Assembly: GCA_902825845.1 (NCBI GenBank)
Contig: CADECM010000005.1
Span: forward strand, 5,048 to 69,047
Length of the DNA: 64,000 bases
Reading direction: 5' to 3'
Source: an uncultured beta proteobacterium
GTDB lineage: Bacteria > Pseudomonadota > Gammaproteobacteria > Burkholderiales > SG8-41
Shown here: piece by piece, positions 49,574 through 60,089 of the stretch
How the letters are laid out: each line of letters opens with the position of its first letter
Position numbering within the stretch: the first letter of the stretch is position 1
Notes under the pieces: model-generated
Databases searched by the model: none
What the model was told of the DNA's origin: nothing
What the model saw: only the letters and a program-made list of their open reading frames with translations
Made by a program: the position numbers and the translations under genes

Positions 49574-50218
49574 TCAAGCCGCCTTGGCAAATTCCGCCAT
49601 CACCTGCTTTTCATGCGCCTCCAGCTTTTGTACGCTGGGCCGCTGGCGCATGCGCTCCCAGTGCGCGTGGCAATTTTTGAACTGCGACAGATCGAGCTTG
49701 AACGAGATCGCGCGACGGAAGCACCAGAAGAAGTACGCGTCCGGCGCGGTGAAATGATCGAAGAACCATTCGCGGCCCGCGAGCAGGTCTTCCACCACCG
49801 CGAAGTCCTCGAACAGCAGTTTGTTGCTGACGCGTTTGACGCTTTCCGCCGAACCGGGCAGATCGCAGTAGTTTTCCGGACGTGCATTGGGCGTCAGGTG
49901 CGGATGAATGCCGGAACCGAAAAACGACATCAGCGAAATCGCGCGGATTTCCAGCACCGGATCGGCGGGCAGCAACGTGGCGGCAGGGAAATGGCGCGCG
50001 ATCCACACCTGTAGCGCGAGGTTTTCGGTGAGCGCTTCGCCGTCGATGATCAACACCGGCACCTTGTGCTTCGGGTTCAAACGCAGAAACTCGGGCGAGC
50101 GCAACTGGCCCGTACGCGAATTCAGGTTACTGACGTCAAAATCCGCGCCCGCCTCGGTGAGGGTTATGAAGGGAACCGTGGCACAGGTTTGCGGGGCGTA
50201 ACAGAGGGTGAGTTTCAT
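49574..50218 (-). CDS. Glutathione S-transferase
   Basis: Contains RSPEFLRLNPKHKVPVLIIDGEALTENLALQVWI (GST N-domain) plus a helical C-domain. Confidence 0.82.
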   Translation of the reverse strand: MKLTLCYAPQTCATVPFITLTEAGADFDVSNLNSRTGQLRSPEFLRLNPKHKVPVLIIDGEALTENLALQVWIARHFPAATLLPADPVLEIRAISLMSFFGSGIHPHLTPNARPENYCDLPGSAESVKRVSNKLLFEDFAVVEDLLAGREWFFDHFTAPDAYFFWCFRRAISFKLDLSQFKNCHAHWERMRQRPSVQKLEAHEKQVMAEFAKAA

Positions 50219-50398
50219 GCGGAGCGTCCCAAGGTGGGCAATACAGCGGCACAGTCGGGTTCCATGAGCCGCCCTTGCGAACTTGATTCTGCCTTACCGC
50301 ACCGTTCAGGCGCAAGGCATATGTCTTCCGGATGATGGCCTGCAACACGGCATGAGGTACATACTGTATCCCTGTCCACATTTCCATGGGAGCACAAA

Positions 50399-51343
50399 AT
50401 GAGCCTTGGCATTGCCTTTGACGTCGGGATGGGATTGATTCTGATGTATTTGATTTTGAGCCTGCTTGTCATGGCAATCAATGAGCTCGTTGCGCAATTC
50501 GGCGCAATTCGCGCGAAGCATCTGTTGAGCGCGTTGCGGAGAATCCTCGATCTCAAGGCAAAACCGGACGATAAGGACAACCTTTTGCTGTTTGATGCCG
50601 TCATGAACAGCCCAACGCTGCAAATTGCCGGCGCGATTTCCAAGACGGCGTGGACCGGCGCCAACCCGTTGCCGTCATACATCAAGCGCGAGACGTTTCT
50701 GGCGGCACTGCGTGAAGCGGTACCAAAACTGCCCAACTTGAAGGCGGTTACGGATGCCACGCAAACGCCCATCAACATCGAGACCACACGCGATATCGCC
50801 ACCTTGATCGAGGCCCTGCCGGACGACAGCCGGGTAAAAAGCGCCTTGAAAGCCGCCATGGGTGACGCCACTGCCACGGCGCAGCAAGTGGAACAGCGCG
50901 TGGGTGATTGGTTTGACGGCATGATGGAGCGGGCCACCGGCGCGTACAAGCGATGGATGAGTACTGCGTCGTTGATCATCGGGTTGGCGCTTGCAGTCGG
51001 ACTGAACTGCGACACGATTCGCGTCGCCGATGCCCTGGCCAAAAGCCCGGAGTTGCGGGCGCAGATCGCAAAGGTCGCCGACGACGTCGTCCAGCGCTGC
51101 ACCACCGCCGACGGTCAACCGAACCTCGCCGTAAGCGACTGCAATGTTGTCAGGAAAAATCTGGACGCCTTGCAGGCGCTTCCGATCGGCGGGAGTCGTG
51201 AGATCAATTGGCTGTCAATTTTCGGCTGGCTTATAACGGCCTTCGCCGTGACACTGGGCGCGCCGTTCTGGTTCGACATTCTGTCAAAAGTCATGAATGT
51301 GCGATCGAGCTTCAAAAGGAAAGTGGCGATCACAGAGGCATAG
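50399..51343 (+). CDS. Hypothetical membrane protein
   Basis: N-terminal TM (GLILMYLILSLLVMAI) and two C-terminal TM segments. GC is somewhat lower. No family was recognised. Confidence 0.55.
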   Translation: MSLGIAFDVGMGLILMYLILSLLVMAINELVAQFGAIRAKHLLSALRRILDLKAKPDDKDNLLLFDAVMNSPTLQIAGAISKTAWTGANPLPSYIKRETFLAALREAVPKLPNLKAVTDATQTPINIETTRDIATLIEALPDDSRVKSALKAAMGDATATAQQVEQRVGDWFDGMMERATGAYKRWMSTASLIIGLALAVGLNCDTIRVADALAKSPELRAQIAKVADDVVQRCTTADGQPNLAVSDCNVVRKNLDALQALPIGGSREINWLSIFGWLITAFAVTLGAPFWFDILSKVMNVRSSFKRKVAITEA

Positions 51344-51469
51344 ACCGGGACAGACAGGACGGCGAATCGGGGATGGCCATTGCGGGTACAAACCGCAAGC
51401 ACTCGCCTGCCCCGGACGTGCACGCGCCATACGTTACACTCCGTTCACCGAATCACAATCACACAGCGA

Positions 51470-52429
51470 ATGAGCGCCCCATCCCTGAAACAAGTTGTCA
51501 TTTGCATTGTCTGTGCGGCCATGCCACTGACGGCCGTGGCTCAGACCTATCCGACCCGTCCGGTGCGGCTGCTGATTCCCAGCGGCGCCGGCGGCATCAC
51601 CGACATCCTCGCGCGCATCATCGCGCCCAAACTCGGCGATGCGCTGGGCCAGCAGGTGGTGGTCGACAACCGGCCCGGCGCCAGCGGCATCGTCGGCTCG
51701 CAGATTGTGGCGAAGGCGGCGCCCGACGGTTACACGCTGCTGATGGCGTTCCCGTCGCATGTCACCAACCCGTCGCTGTTCCCCGACATGCCGTACGACA
51801 CGGTGCGCGATTTTGCGCCGGTCACACTGGTGAGCGCGGTGGCGCCGGTGCTGGTGGTGAATGCGCAAATGCCGGCGCGCAACATGAAGGATTTCATTGC
51901 GCTCGCCAAAACCAAACCCGGCGGGCTTAATCACGGCGCGGTGGGTGCCGGCAGCATGGGCGCGCTGGCCGCCGATCTGCTGGGCGAAATGGCGGGCTTC
52001 AAGTTCACGCAGGTGATGTTCAAGGGTTCGCCGCAGGGCATGACCGCGGTGTTGTCGGGCGAAATCGATTTTTACATGCTGGGTTCGGCGGGCTCCGCCG
52101 TGCCGCAGGTGAAGGCGGGCCGCATCCGCGCGCTCGGCGTGGGCGGGCGCAACCGCATCGCGCCGTTGCCCGAGGTGCCGCCGATCGCGGACACGCTGCC
52201 GGGTTATGAGGCGCGTGGCTGGAACGGCATTCTCGCGCCGGCCGGCACGCCCAAGCCCATCATCGAGCGGCTGAATCGCGAACTGGTGAAGATCATTCGC
52301 TCGGCGGACATGCAGCCCGCGCTGGCGGGTGAAGGCGCGGCGGCCGTGGGCAACACGCCCGCGGAGTTCGCGGCGGTAATCCGCGCGGATATCGCGAAAT
52401 GGGCCGCAATCATCAAAGCACGAAAATAA
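51470..52429 (+). CDS. Bug-family (TctC-like) substrate-binding protein
   Basis: Signal peptide, then YPTRPVRLLIPSGAGGITD and VDNRPGASG. Confidence 0.9.
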   Translation: MSAPSLKQVVICIVCAAMPLTAVAQTYPTRPVRLLIPSGAGGITDILARIIAPKLGDALGQQVVVDNRPGASGIVGSQIVAKAAPDGYTLLMAFPSHVTNPSLFPDMPYDTVRDFAPVTLVSAVAPVLVVNAQMPARNMKDFIALAKTKPGGLNHGAVGAGSMGALAADLLGEMAGFKFTQVMFKGSPQGMTAVLSGEIDFYMLGSAGSAVPQVKAGRIRALGVGGRNRIAPLPEVPPIADTLPGYEARGWNGILAPAGTPKPIIERLNRELVKIIRSADMQPALAGEGAAAVGNTPAEFAAVIRADIAKWAAIIKARK

Positions 52430-52436
52430 AAAATTA

Positions 52437-52454
52437 TTTAAAAACAAATACTTA
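52437..52454 (+). repeat. AT-rich motif, copy J
   Basis: TTTAAAAACAAATACTTA. Starts 8 nt after the Bug gene stop and ends 13 nt before the next ATG. Confidence 0.8.
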
Positions 52455-52467
52455 TATAATTATCGCC

Positions 52468-53256
52468 ATGCCCTATTTTGACCTCTCGCCGGGCCGCCTG
52501 TATTACGAGATCGACGATTACACCGATCCGTGGACCACGCCCGAAAGCGTGCTGCTGATACACGGCTTTACCGAAAGCACGCCCGCGTGGCGCGCGTGGG
52601 TGCCGCATCTGGCGCGGCGCTATCGCGTGATTCGTTTTGATCAGGAAGGCTTCGGGCAGTCGAGCGCGGTGCCAAACGTCGACATTTTCAGCACGGCGCG
52701 GTTTGTCGATCATGCGGCACGGCTGATCGAGGCGTTCGGCGGCGGCAGCGCGCATGTGATGGGGGCGAAAAGCGGCGGTCTGGTCGCCATCGAACTCGCG
52801 CGCCTGCAGCCGCAGCGCGTCAAAACGCTGACGCTGGCGTCGGTTCCGCTCGACCCGCCGCAGCCGCAGCAATGGCTGCAACACATGGAGCAGCATGGCG
52901 TGCAAAGCTGGGCGCGCGACACCATGCCGCCGCGACTCGGCACGCGCATGCCGCCGGCGGGCTTCGAGTGGTGGGTGAATCTGATGGGCTCAACCCGCAT
53001 TGAAACCGCGCGTGCCTATATGCGCTGGGTGAGCACGATCGATGTCGGCGCCACCCTGCACGAAGTGAAATGCCCCGCGTTGGTGCTCACCACGCAATCA
53101 CCGCGGCGCGCCTACAGCCGCTCGGACATCGAGGTCTACCGCGAAAAACTGCCGCAGGCGGAAATCGTCGCGCTGCCGGTGGATGGTTATCACGTGGGGG
53201 CCACTGATCCCGACGAATGCGCGCGCATTGCGCTGGAATTTCTCGCGCGCCACTGA
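52468..53256 (+). CDS. Alpha/beta hydrolase
   Basis: Contains VLLIHGFTES, a VMGAKSGG nucleophile elbow and a late GYHVGATDPDE. Confidence 0.82.
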   Translation: MPYFDLSPGRLYYEIDDYTDPWTTPESVLLIHGFTESTPAWRAWVPHLARRYRVIRFDQEGFGQSSAVPNVDIFSTARFVDHAARLIEAFGGGSAHVMGAKSGGLVAIELARLQPQRVKTLTLASVPLDPPQPQQWLQHMEQHGVQSWARDTMPPRLGTRMPPAGFEWWVNLMGSTRIETARAYMRWVSTIDVGATLHEVKCPALVLTTQSPRRAYSRSDIEVYREKLPQAEIVALPVDGYHVGATDPDECARIALEFLARH

Positions 53257-53277
53257 GCACAGGGCGCATTGCGGCCG

Positions 53278-54069
53278 TCAGCGGCCGCTAAAGCGCGGCT
53301 TGCGTTTTTCCTGAAACGCTTTGACCGCCTCCTGGTGATCGTCGCCCATGTTGGTCAGCGCTTCATACGCCAGCGAGGCGTCGAGCATGGAATGCGCCAG
53401 TTGCCGCAGCGGGATATTGATGCTGGCCTTGGTCCACTTGATCGCCTTGGTCGGTCCACGCGCGAGTTTTTGCGCCAGCGTATTCACCTTCGCGTCGAGC
53501 TGATCGCGCGGTACGGCGTGATTGATGAGGCCGATGCGCTCGGCTTCTTTGGCGTCGAGCATGTCACCCGTCAACAGATATTCCTTGGCGCGCGCGTAGC
53601 CGATGAGTTGCGGCCAGATGATGGCGCCGCCATCGCCCGCCACATAGCCCATCTTGACGTGCGGATCGCCAAAGCGCGCGTCGTCGACGGCGATGATGAT
53701 GTCGCACAGTAAAGCCAGCGTCGCGCCGAGGCCGATGCAGTCGCCGTTGATGCGCGCGATCACCGGCTTTTCCAGATCAAGCAGACCGAAGATCATCTGC
53801 TTCATTTCAAGGTTCTTCTGGTTGAACAGCTCCGGATCGTCGATGCGCTTTTGCATCATCGGAATATCGCCGCCGGCGGAAAACACGTCGCCTGCGCCGG
53901 TGAAGATGACCACGTCGGATTCATGATCGCGCTGCACTTGATGCCACAACTGTGCCAGCTCGTTGTGCAGCTCGTAGTGGATCGGATTCATCGGCGGACG
54001 ATTGAGCATGATCGTCAGGATGCGGTCCTGCCGGTCAATCTTCATGTGCCTGTAGTTTGCGTAATCCAT
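53278..54069 (-). CDS. Enoyl-CoA hydratase/isomerase family protein
   Basis: Contains VVIFTGAGDVFSAGGDI and KPVIARINGDCIGLGATLALLCD. Confidence 0.9.
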   Translation of the reverse strand: MDYANYRHMKIDRQDRILTIMLNRPPMNPIHYELHNELAQLWHQVQRDHESDVVIFTGAGDVFSAGGDIPMMQKRIDDPELFNQKNLEMKQMIFGLLDLEKPVIARINGDCIGLGATLALLCDIIIAVDDARFGDPHVKMGYVAGDGGAIIWPQLIGYARAKEYLLTGDMLDAKEAERIGLINHAVPRDQLDAKVNTLAQKLARGPTKAIKWTKASINIPLRQLAHSMLDASLAYEALTNMGDDHQEAVKAFQEKRKPRFSGR

Positions 54070-54138
54070 GGCGCCACCGTCTCAAAGTGACGCTGCCGAC
54101 ACCTCAGCACGGCCATATGGCCGTGCGTCTTATTTTTA

Positions 54139-54156
54139 TAACTTATTGATTTTAAA
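54139..54156 (-). repeat. AT-rich motif, copy K
   Basis: The minus strand reads TTTAAAATCAATAAGTTA. Lies 5 nt downstream of the histidine kinase stop. Confidence 0.8.
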
Positions 54157-54160
54157 CAAT

Positions 54161-56803
54161 TTATTTTGCAGCATCCTGCGGCACCCATTGCGGCAGCGTC
54201 ACGATAAATACACTGCCCTGATCCACCTTGCTTTCCACGGTGATCGTGCCGTGCTGCAGTTCGACGATTTTTTTGGTTAGCGCCAGCCCCAGGCCGGTGC
54301 CCTCGTGCCGGCGCGCGTCTCCGCCGTCGATCTGATAGAACTTCTCGAACAGCCGCTCGATATCCTTGCCGTCAATACCGATGCCGGTGTCGCTCACGCG
54401 CACGACCAGCAGGCCCTGCGGTTCGCCGACAATCCCGACTTCAACCTCTACTCGACCGCCTGCAGGGGTGAACTTGACGCCGTTCGACACCAGGTTGTGC
54501 AACACTTGCACGAATTTAGTCCGGTCCAGCGTGACGCTGGACAATGCCGGCGCGACCCTCCGCTGCAATTCGACGCGCTTCCCGATTGCGATGGGCGATA
54601 CCACGCCGCAGACTTCCGCCACCGCCTCGCTCACGGAAAACGTTTCCGGCGTGAGTTCCATCTTGCCCGCTTCGATCTTCGACAGATCGAGGATGTCGTT
54701 GATCAGCGTCAACAGGTGCAGGCTGCTGCCATGAACGCTGTCCAGACACTCGGCCTGTTCCTCATTCAACGGGCCTGCTTGCCCCGCGCGCAGATATTCC
54801 GCAAAACCAATCACGCCGGTCAGCGGCGTACGCAGCTCGTGTGACATGGTGGCCAGAAATTCGCTTTTCAGGCGGCTCGCTTCCGCGGCTGCATCGCGCT
54901 CGCGCATGGCCTCTTCCGCCAGCTTGCGATCGGTCAGATCGACGCAGGTGCCGATATAACCGGCAAAACCGCCGGCACCGTCAAACCGCGGTTTGGCCAC
55001 GGTCAGCATCAGGCGGTAAACGCCATCGTGGCGCCGCAGGCGGCACTCCATCTGAAACTCGGCACGCGAATCCATGCCTTTGTTGAATGTGCTCACGCAC
55101 GTTGCCAGGTCGTCCGGATGAATGCCGGCCATCCAGCCGCTGCCCAGTTCCTGGTCCAGCGTGCGCCCGGTGAAATTGAGCCAGCCCGAATTGAAATACG
55201 TGCCGCGCTTGCGCGCGTCGTTCATCCAGATCAGCGCCGGCGCCGTGTCGGCGACAATGCGAAAGCGTTCCTCGCTTTCACGCAGCGCATTTTCTGCGCG
55301 GCGCCGTTCGGTGACGTCGCGCGCTATCGTGGAAATGCCGGTTACCGCGCCCTGCCGGTCGCGCAACGGCGAGGCACTGGCCGACATCTGCAGTTCCCGG
55401 CCGTCCTTGGACAAAAAAACCGTCTGGAACTGATTGACGCTCTCGCCATCCTGCGCGCGCGCGCGAACCTCGCGTTCCGCTTCATGCCATTGCGGCGGCA
55501 TCAGCAATGCCTGGAATTTCCTGCCGATGGCTTCCGCGGCCGTGTAGCCCAACAGTTTTTGCGCGCCGGGGTTCCACGTCTGAATCACCCCTTCAACCGT
55601 TTTGGTGATGATGACATCTTCCGAATGGGCGACGATCGCCGCCATCTGCGCCAGGGCCTCTGTCGATTTCTTGCGTTCCGTGATGTCGGAGAAAGTGATA
55701 ATGACACGGGGCGGGCGGCCGTCCTGTGCGTGGCCGGACAACGGTATGCCGTTTTGCACAATCCAGATGTCGGCGCCGTCGGACCTCTTCAATACTCGTT
55801 CACGATGCAGCAGCGGCTGGTTGGTGCGCCGGATAATCGCAACCGCCAGCGTCTCGGGATTGAACGCGGTTTCTTCCACCGCCCTGGGCTTCCACGGAAT
55901 ATCGGCGTAATGCATGCCCACCAGCGCGCTCGCCTTCCAGCCCAATAGGCGTTCGGCCGCCCGATTGCACGCCTCGATGCGTCCGTCGGCATCCCACAAG
56001 ACAACCCCTTCCTCCAGCGATTCGAACAAGCCGCGATACAGGGTTTCACTGTCGCGCAAGGCGTTTTCCGCGCGCTTGCGCTCACTGACATCGCGAATCA
56101 CCAGCGTGAAATGCTGTTCGCCGTCCACGTCGTGACGGGAAATGGTAGCCTCCACCGGGAATTCTTCGCCGTTGGCACGTACCCCTCTTACCGGGCCTTC
56201 CACAAAGCGGTTCAGGGCGCCGCTGACCGCCAGACTGCGAATCAGTTTTTCGCACAGCCGGCGGTGTGACTCAGGAATCAACAGTCTTGCCGCCGTGCCC
56301 ACCAGCTGGTGCGGTGCGTAGCCAAACATTTTCTCGGCGGCCGGATTGATATAGACGATCTCGAGTTGATCATCGACCGTAATAATGCCATCCATCGCCG
56401 CGTTGAACATGCCGGACAGCCGGATTTCATCCGCGCGCAGCCGCGCTTGAGACTGGAGCATGCGGTCCGCGAGGTAACTGACGACGGCGCCGGCAAGGAT
56501 AAAGATTGACCACTGCATCAGGTCAAACGACGAACCCGCGCCGCCGGCACGATAACTTTCCGCCAGAAAGAACGCGGTCAGCAGCGCCGAGAAGGCAGTG
56601 CACAGCACGCCCGGCAACAGGCCGCCAAGGTACGCGCACAGCGTTACCGGGATGATGAACAGGATCATCGCCGGCCGCCCCAGGGTGGTATCGCCAAAGT
56701 AAAGGCGTGCCAGCAACGCAACGCCCGGCAACGCCATGGCGAGGACGAGGGCCAGCCCGTTGCGCCGGGATTCGCTCATTGCGAGCGGGGCGACATCAGG
56801 CAT
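54161..56803 (-). CDS. Multi-PAS sensor histidine kinase (membrane N-terminus, about four PAS/PAC modules, HisKA, HATPase_c)
   Basis: The N-terminal TM bundle is DUF4118-like. Repeated PAS blocks (e.g. WNPGAQKLLGYTAAEAIG, RDVTERRRAENALRESEERF). H-box FLATMSHELRTPL. G-boxes DTGIGI and GTGLGL. No receiver domain and no adjacent response regulator. Confidence 0.9.
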   Translation of the reverse strand: MPDVAPLAMSESRRNGLALVLAMALPGVALLARLYFGDTTLGRPAMILFIIPVTLCAYLGGLLPGVLCTAFSALLTAFFLAESYRAGGAGSSFDLMQWSIFILAGAVVSYLADRMLQSQARLRADEIRLSGMFNAAMDGIITVDDQLEIVYINPAAEKMFGYAPHQLVGTAARLLIPESHRRLCEKLIRSLAVSGALNRFVEGPVRGVRANGEEFPVEATISRHDVDGEQHFTLVIRDVSERKRAENALRDSETLYRGLFESLEEGVVLWDADGRIEACNRAAERLLGWKASALVGMHYADIPWKPRAVEETAFNPETLAVAIIRRTNQPLLHRERVLKRSDGADIWIVQNGIPLSGHAQDGRPPRVIITFSDITERKKSTEALAQMAAIVAHSEDVIITKTVEGVIQTWNPGAQKLLGYTAAEAIGRKFQALLMPPQWHEAEREVRARAQDGESVNQFQTVFLSKDGRELQMSASASPLRDRQGAVTGISTIARDVTERRRAENALRESEERFRIVADTAPALIWMNDARKRGTYFNSGWLNFTGRTLDQELGSGWMAGIHPDDLATCVSTFNKGMDSRAEFQMECRLRRHDGVYRLMLTVAKPRFDGAGGFAGYIGTCVDLTDRKLAEEAMRERDAAAEASRLKSEFLATMSHELRTPLTGVIGFAEYLRAGQAGPLNEEQAECLDSVHGSSLHLLTLINDILDLSKIEAGKMELTPETFSVSEAVAEVCGVVSPIAIGKRVELQRRVAPALSSVTLDRTKFVQVLHNLVSNGVKFTPAGGRVEVEVGIVGEPQGLLVVRVSDTGIGIDGKDIERLFEKFYQIDGGDARRHEGTGLGLALTKKIVELQHGTITVESKVDQGSVFIVTLPQWVPQDAAK

Positions 56804-57035
56804 GCGCAGCCAAGCACATCACACGGCCGCGCTGTGACTCTTGGGTGGTATGGCACGCTGAAGGCGGCAAAGCTCGGATGGCGCAGACCTTTATGCTCAA
56901 GCAAGGCACGCGGAAAAACTCTCAATTCAGGTTACTATTGGCGCGCAAATTGTACCATGCACACTGCGTCCGGTTCCCGGCGTTGTTCATCGCGCCGGCG
57001 CCGCCGGCCGCGGCCATTCACGACGGTTATACGCC

Positions 57036-57800
57036 ATGTCATCCGTAATCACATTTGTCGCCGGAAATTATCGCTACATCAAGGCGGTTTTTCAGTATTC
57101 GGGCGGGGTCGCCGCGGAACCCGGCTATATCATCGAACGCGCCCGCCTGGCGCGGCCATTGCCACTGGCCGAAGCGTTCAAGGCGGTCGAGACGCATCTG
57201 CGACGGCTGGCCCGGCCCCTCACCGCATTCGCGGCCTGCGAACTGCGATCGCCGGCGCCGTTTACCGAGCTGGGGTTTTACGACTTCAACAAAGCCTACG
57301 TCACCACGCTGGCAAGCTGGGGCATCTATCGTGAGGGCGACGAGCGCCTCAACCCGGTGGCACGCACCAATGTGTGCCCCATGTACGGCACCCCCGGGGA
57401 AACCGTAATGTCGGCGTTTTCGTATACCGTGCCGGCCGCGGACCCGCATGCACGCGGCAGCTTTATCCTGGCCGGGGGTGGCGAGGCGCGCGGCGGCGCG
57501 GGGAGCTTCCGCGAGCGCATTGTGCGGCTGGACGACACCTCTCCCGAAGGCTTGCGCGAAAAAGTCTCGTTCGTGGCTGCGGAAATGGAACGGCGGCTGG
57601 GCCTGCTTGGCTTCGGCTGGCAGGACGCCATTTCCACACAAGCCTATACCGTGCAAAATATCGGCCATCTGGCGGGCGAAGTGCTGGCGGCGCGCGGCGC
57701 ATGCGCCGAAGGTCTCACCTGGCACTATGCGCGCCCGCCGGTGATCGGCCTGGAATTCGAGATGGATGTGCGCGGCGCAGCGCGCGAGATCATTCTGTAA
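57036..57800 (+). CDS. Conserved hypothetical protein (I weakly recall similar proteins annotated as CnbZ-like aminomuconate deaminases)
   Basis: Clean 254-aa ORF with coding-like composition. The family assignment comes from memory only. Confidence 0.5.
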   Translation: MSSVITFVAGNYRYIKAVFQYSGGVAAEPGYIIERARLARPLPLAEAFKAVETHLRRLARPLTAFAACELRSPAPFTELGFYDFNKAYVTTLASWGIYREGDERLNPVARTNVCPMYGTPGETVMSAFSYTVPAADPHARGSFILAGGGEARGGAGSFRERIVRLDDTSPEGLREKVSFVAAEMERRLGLLGFGWQDAISTQAYTVQNIGHLAGEVLAARGACAEGLTWHYARPPVIGLEFEMDVRGAAREIIL

Positions 57801-57815
57801 ATTAGCGGAGGAGCA

Positions 57816-58643
57816 ATGCAGCAACTGACCAAGAACGTTTACATCGAAACCTGCATCCGCGGATGCAACCACGGCTTTGTCACCACCAGCGACGGCGTGG
57901 TGTTGATCGACACGCCGCACAAACCCAGCGACGCGGTGAAGCTCAAGGCAGAAATTGCGAAGCACGGCCCCCTGCGCTACATCATCAACACCGAGCCACA
58001 CGGTGACCACTGGACCGGCAACGCATTTTTCGACGCGCCGGTGATTGCGCACGAAGGCGTGCGCACGCGCATCCTCGGCACCGACATGGCGGCGCACGTG
58101 GCGCGCGTGTCGACCTTCGGACCCGAGGAACCGGGACTGCTGGCCGGGTATCACCCCAACGCGCCCATCATCACGTTCAAGAATGGCATGACCATCCACG
58201 TGGGCAATCACACCTTCGAAATGATCCATATGCCCGGGCACACCATGTACCAGGCCGCGATCTGCATCAAGGAAGAAGGCGTGGTGTTCACCAGTGACAA
58301 TATTTTCCACAAGGTGCAGACCTGGTTGCAGGAAGCAAATCCCGATCTGTGGCTGATGTCGCTGGAGTCGCTGCGCAAGTTGAAGGAAGAGATTTTCGTG
58401 CCCGGCCACGGCGATGTCTGCGGCAAGGCGTATCTCAACGAGCAGGGTGCGTTCATTGAGGAATGGAAAGCGTACGTGAGGGACGCCATCGACCGCGGCA
58501 TGACGCGAGACGAAGCCATCGTGAAGCTCACCGCCATGACCGATCGTTACCCGATGGACGTGGGGCAGGACGGCATGTCGCCGGCAGTGCAGAAAATGAA
58601 CGTGGGCAATCTGTATAACTATCTGACCGGCACCGCGGCGTGA
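57816..58643 (+). CDS. MBL-fold metallo-hydrolase
   Basis: Contains LIDTPH, NTEPHGDHWTGN (HxHxDH-like) and HMPGHT. RBS GCGGAGGAG. Confidence 0.85.
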   Translation: MQQLTKNVYIETCIRGCNHGFVTTSDGVVLIDTPHKPSDAVKLKAEIAKHGPLRYIINTEPHGDHWTGNAFFDAPVIAHEGVRTRILGTDMAAHVARVSTFGPEEPGLLAGYHPNAPIITFKNGMTIHVGNHTFEMIHMPGHTMYQAAICIKEEGVVFTSDNIFHKVQTWLQEANPDLWLMSLESLRKLKEEIFVPGHGDVCGKAYLNEQGAFIEEWKAYVRDAIDRGMTRDEAIVKLTAMTDRYPMDVGQDGMSPAVQKMNVGNLYNYLTGTAA

Positions 58644-59290
58644 GTGCCACCGACGCGGGTGAACGCGTGCTGTGGGGTGTGGGCACCTCACGCACGCTGC
58701 GCGCGCTGTGGATACTGCAGGAACTTGAGCTACCCTATGAGCACCGCCGCATCACCTCGCGCTCCGGCGAGACGCTCACGCCCGAGTACACGCGCCTCAA
58801 CCCCAGCCAGAAGATCCCCGCGCTGCAGGAAGGCGACTTCGTGTTGTCGGAAAGCGCCGCCATCGTCAACTATCTCGCCACCACACACGGCGCGGCGCGC
58901 GGCCTGTGTCCGCCTACCGCCCCGCGCGAGCGGGCACGCTACGACCAATGGTGTTTTTTTTCGATGATGGAACTCGATGCCAATACGCTGTACGTGATCC
59001 GCAAGCACGAAGACCTGCATCAGCTCTACGGCGAGGCACCCAACGCGCTACAGGCGGCACGGGACGGTTTTGCGCGTCAGGCGCACGCTGCCGCGCGGCG
59101 CCTGACACACAGCGGACCGTATGTGCTGGGTGAGAATTTCAGCGGCGCGGATATCCTGTTCACCACCTGTCTGAACGGCGCGCTGCGGCGCGGTATCGAA
59201 TTGCCGCAGACCCTGCACGCGTACCGGCAACGCGTCACCGCTCGCGCCGCTTACCAACGCGCCTCACAACTCAACCAGCGCGATGGGTGA
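58640..59290 (+). CDS. Glutathione S-transferase
   Basis: The GTG start overlaps the MBL stop (GTGA). Contains RLNPSQKIPALQEGDFVLSESAAIVNYL. Confidence 0.82.
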   Translation: MSATDAGERVLWGVGTSRTLRALWILQELELPYEHRRITSRSGETLTPEYTRLNPSQKIPALQEGDFVLSESAAIVNYLATTHGAARGLCPPTAPRERARYDQWCFFSMMELDANTLYVIRKHEDLHQLYGEAPNALQAARDGFARQAHAAARRLTHSGPYVLGENFSGADILFTTCLNGALRRGIELPQTLHAYRQRVTARAAYQRASQLNQRDG

Positions 59291-59303
59291 ATGTTAAAAT
59301 ATT

Positions 59304-59321
59304 TAATAAAAACAGATACTT
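59304..59321 (+). repeat. AT-rich motif, copy L (variant)
   Basis: AATAAAAACAGATACTTA. Lies between the convergent GST and usp stops. Confidence 0.65.
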
Positions 59322-59329
59322 ACATAAAT

Positions 59330-59815
59330 TCAGTGCTGCACCATCGCCTTGTCGGGGTGATCCGAGCTCATCAGACCGCGGAACGTCAGCACCGGGATCG
59401 ATGAGCGATGCAGCACGCGGCTCGCTTCGCTGCCCATGATCAGCGCGCCCAAGCCCTTCTTGTAGCGCGCCGTCATCACGATCAGATCGCAGCCGCGCGC
59501 ATTGGCGGTGTCGACGATCGCATCGTACGGATGATGCCCTTTCACCACCAGCGTCTGGCACGCCACCCCGGCGCGCTCGGCTGCCTTTTGCACGAAATCA
59601 AGAAAGCCCATTGCCTGATCGTGCGCCTGCTTGTCCATCTGCTCTTCCATCCCCGGCGGCACCATGCCTTCAGAGGCCATCATCATCTGATAGTCCTGCA
59701 TCACATGAATGCCGGTGACGTGCGCGCCGCAAAGTTTTGCCAGCTCGATGCCGCGTTCAACGGCTTTTTCGGAATGTGCTGACCCATCGGTAGGCATCAG
59801 AATATGTTTAAACAT
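59330..59815 (-). CDS. Universal stress protein (UspA family)
   Basis: Contains MFKHILMPTDGSAHSEKAV...CDLIVMTARYKKGLGALIMGSEASRVLHRSSIPVL. The longer ORF extension upstream is Arg/Pro-rich and was rejected. Confidence 0.9.
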   Translation of the reverse strand: MFKHILMPTDGSAHSEKAVERGIELAKLCGAHVTGIHVMQDYQMMMASEGMVPPGMEEQMDKQAHDQAMGFLDFVQKAAERAGVACQTLVVKGHHPYDAIVDTANARGCDLIVMTARYKKGLGALIMGSEASRVLHRSSIPVLTFRGLMSSDHPDKAMVQH

Positions 59816-60089
59816 GGATCCTCCTCCGCGAGTGATCTTGCCAAACACTGACACTGGGTAACCGGACTGCACAGCTACCTTACCAGCTATTCCACTTGTT
59901 GGCATCAGCACAGACGCACTGCGCGTCACGGCCATCGGGCGCGGCCGGGTCGAAATCCGTATCCGATTGATTACAATACGTTTTACGTCCTCAAACCGGG
60001 AAGACCGTAGCGTCGATGCGGGCGCTGTGGCGCACCGCGGCGGCACACGGCACGGCAGATGCCGTGGCCTCGGGCCAGACGCGGCAAAA

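Noticed and set aside
60040-60070. Short hairpin CACGGC-AGAT-GCCGTG downstream of the 60090-60470 gene.
   Set aside because: Only a 6-bp stem and no T-run on the relevant strand. Not convincing as a terminator.
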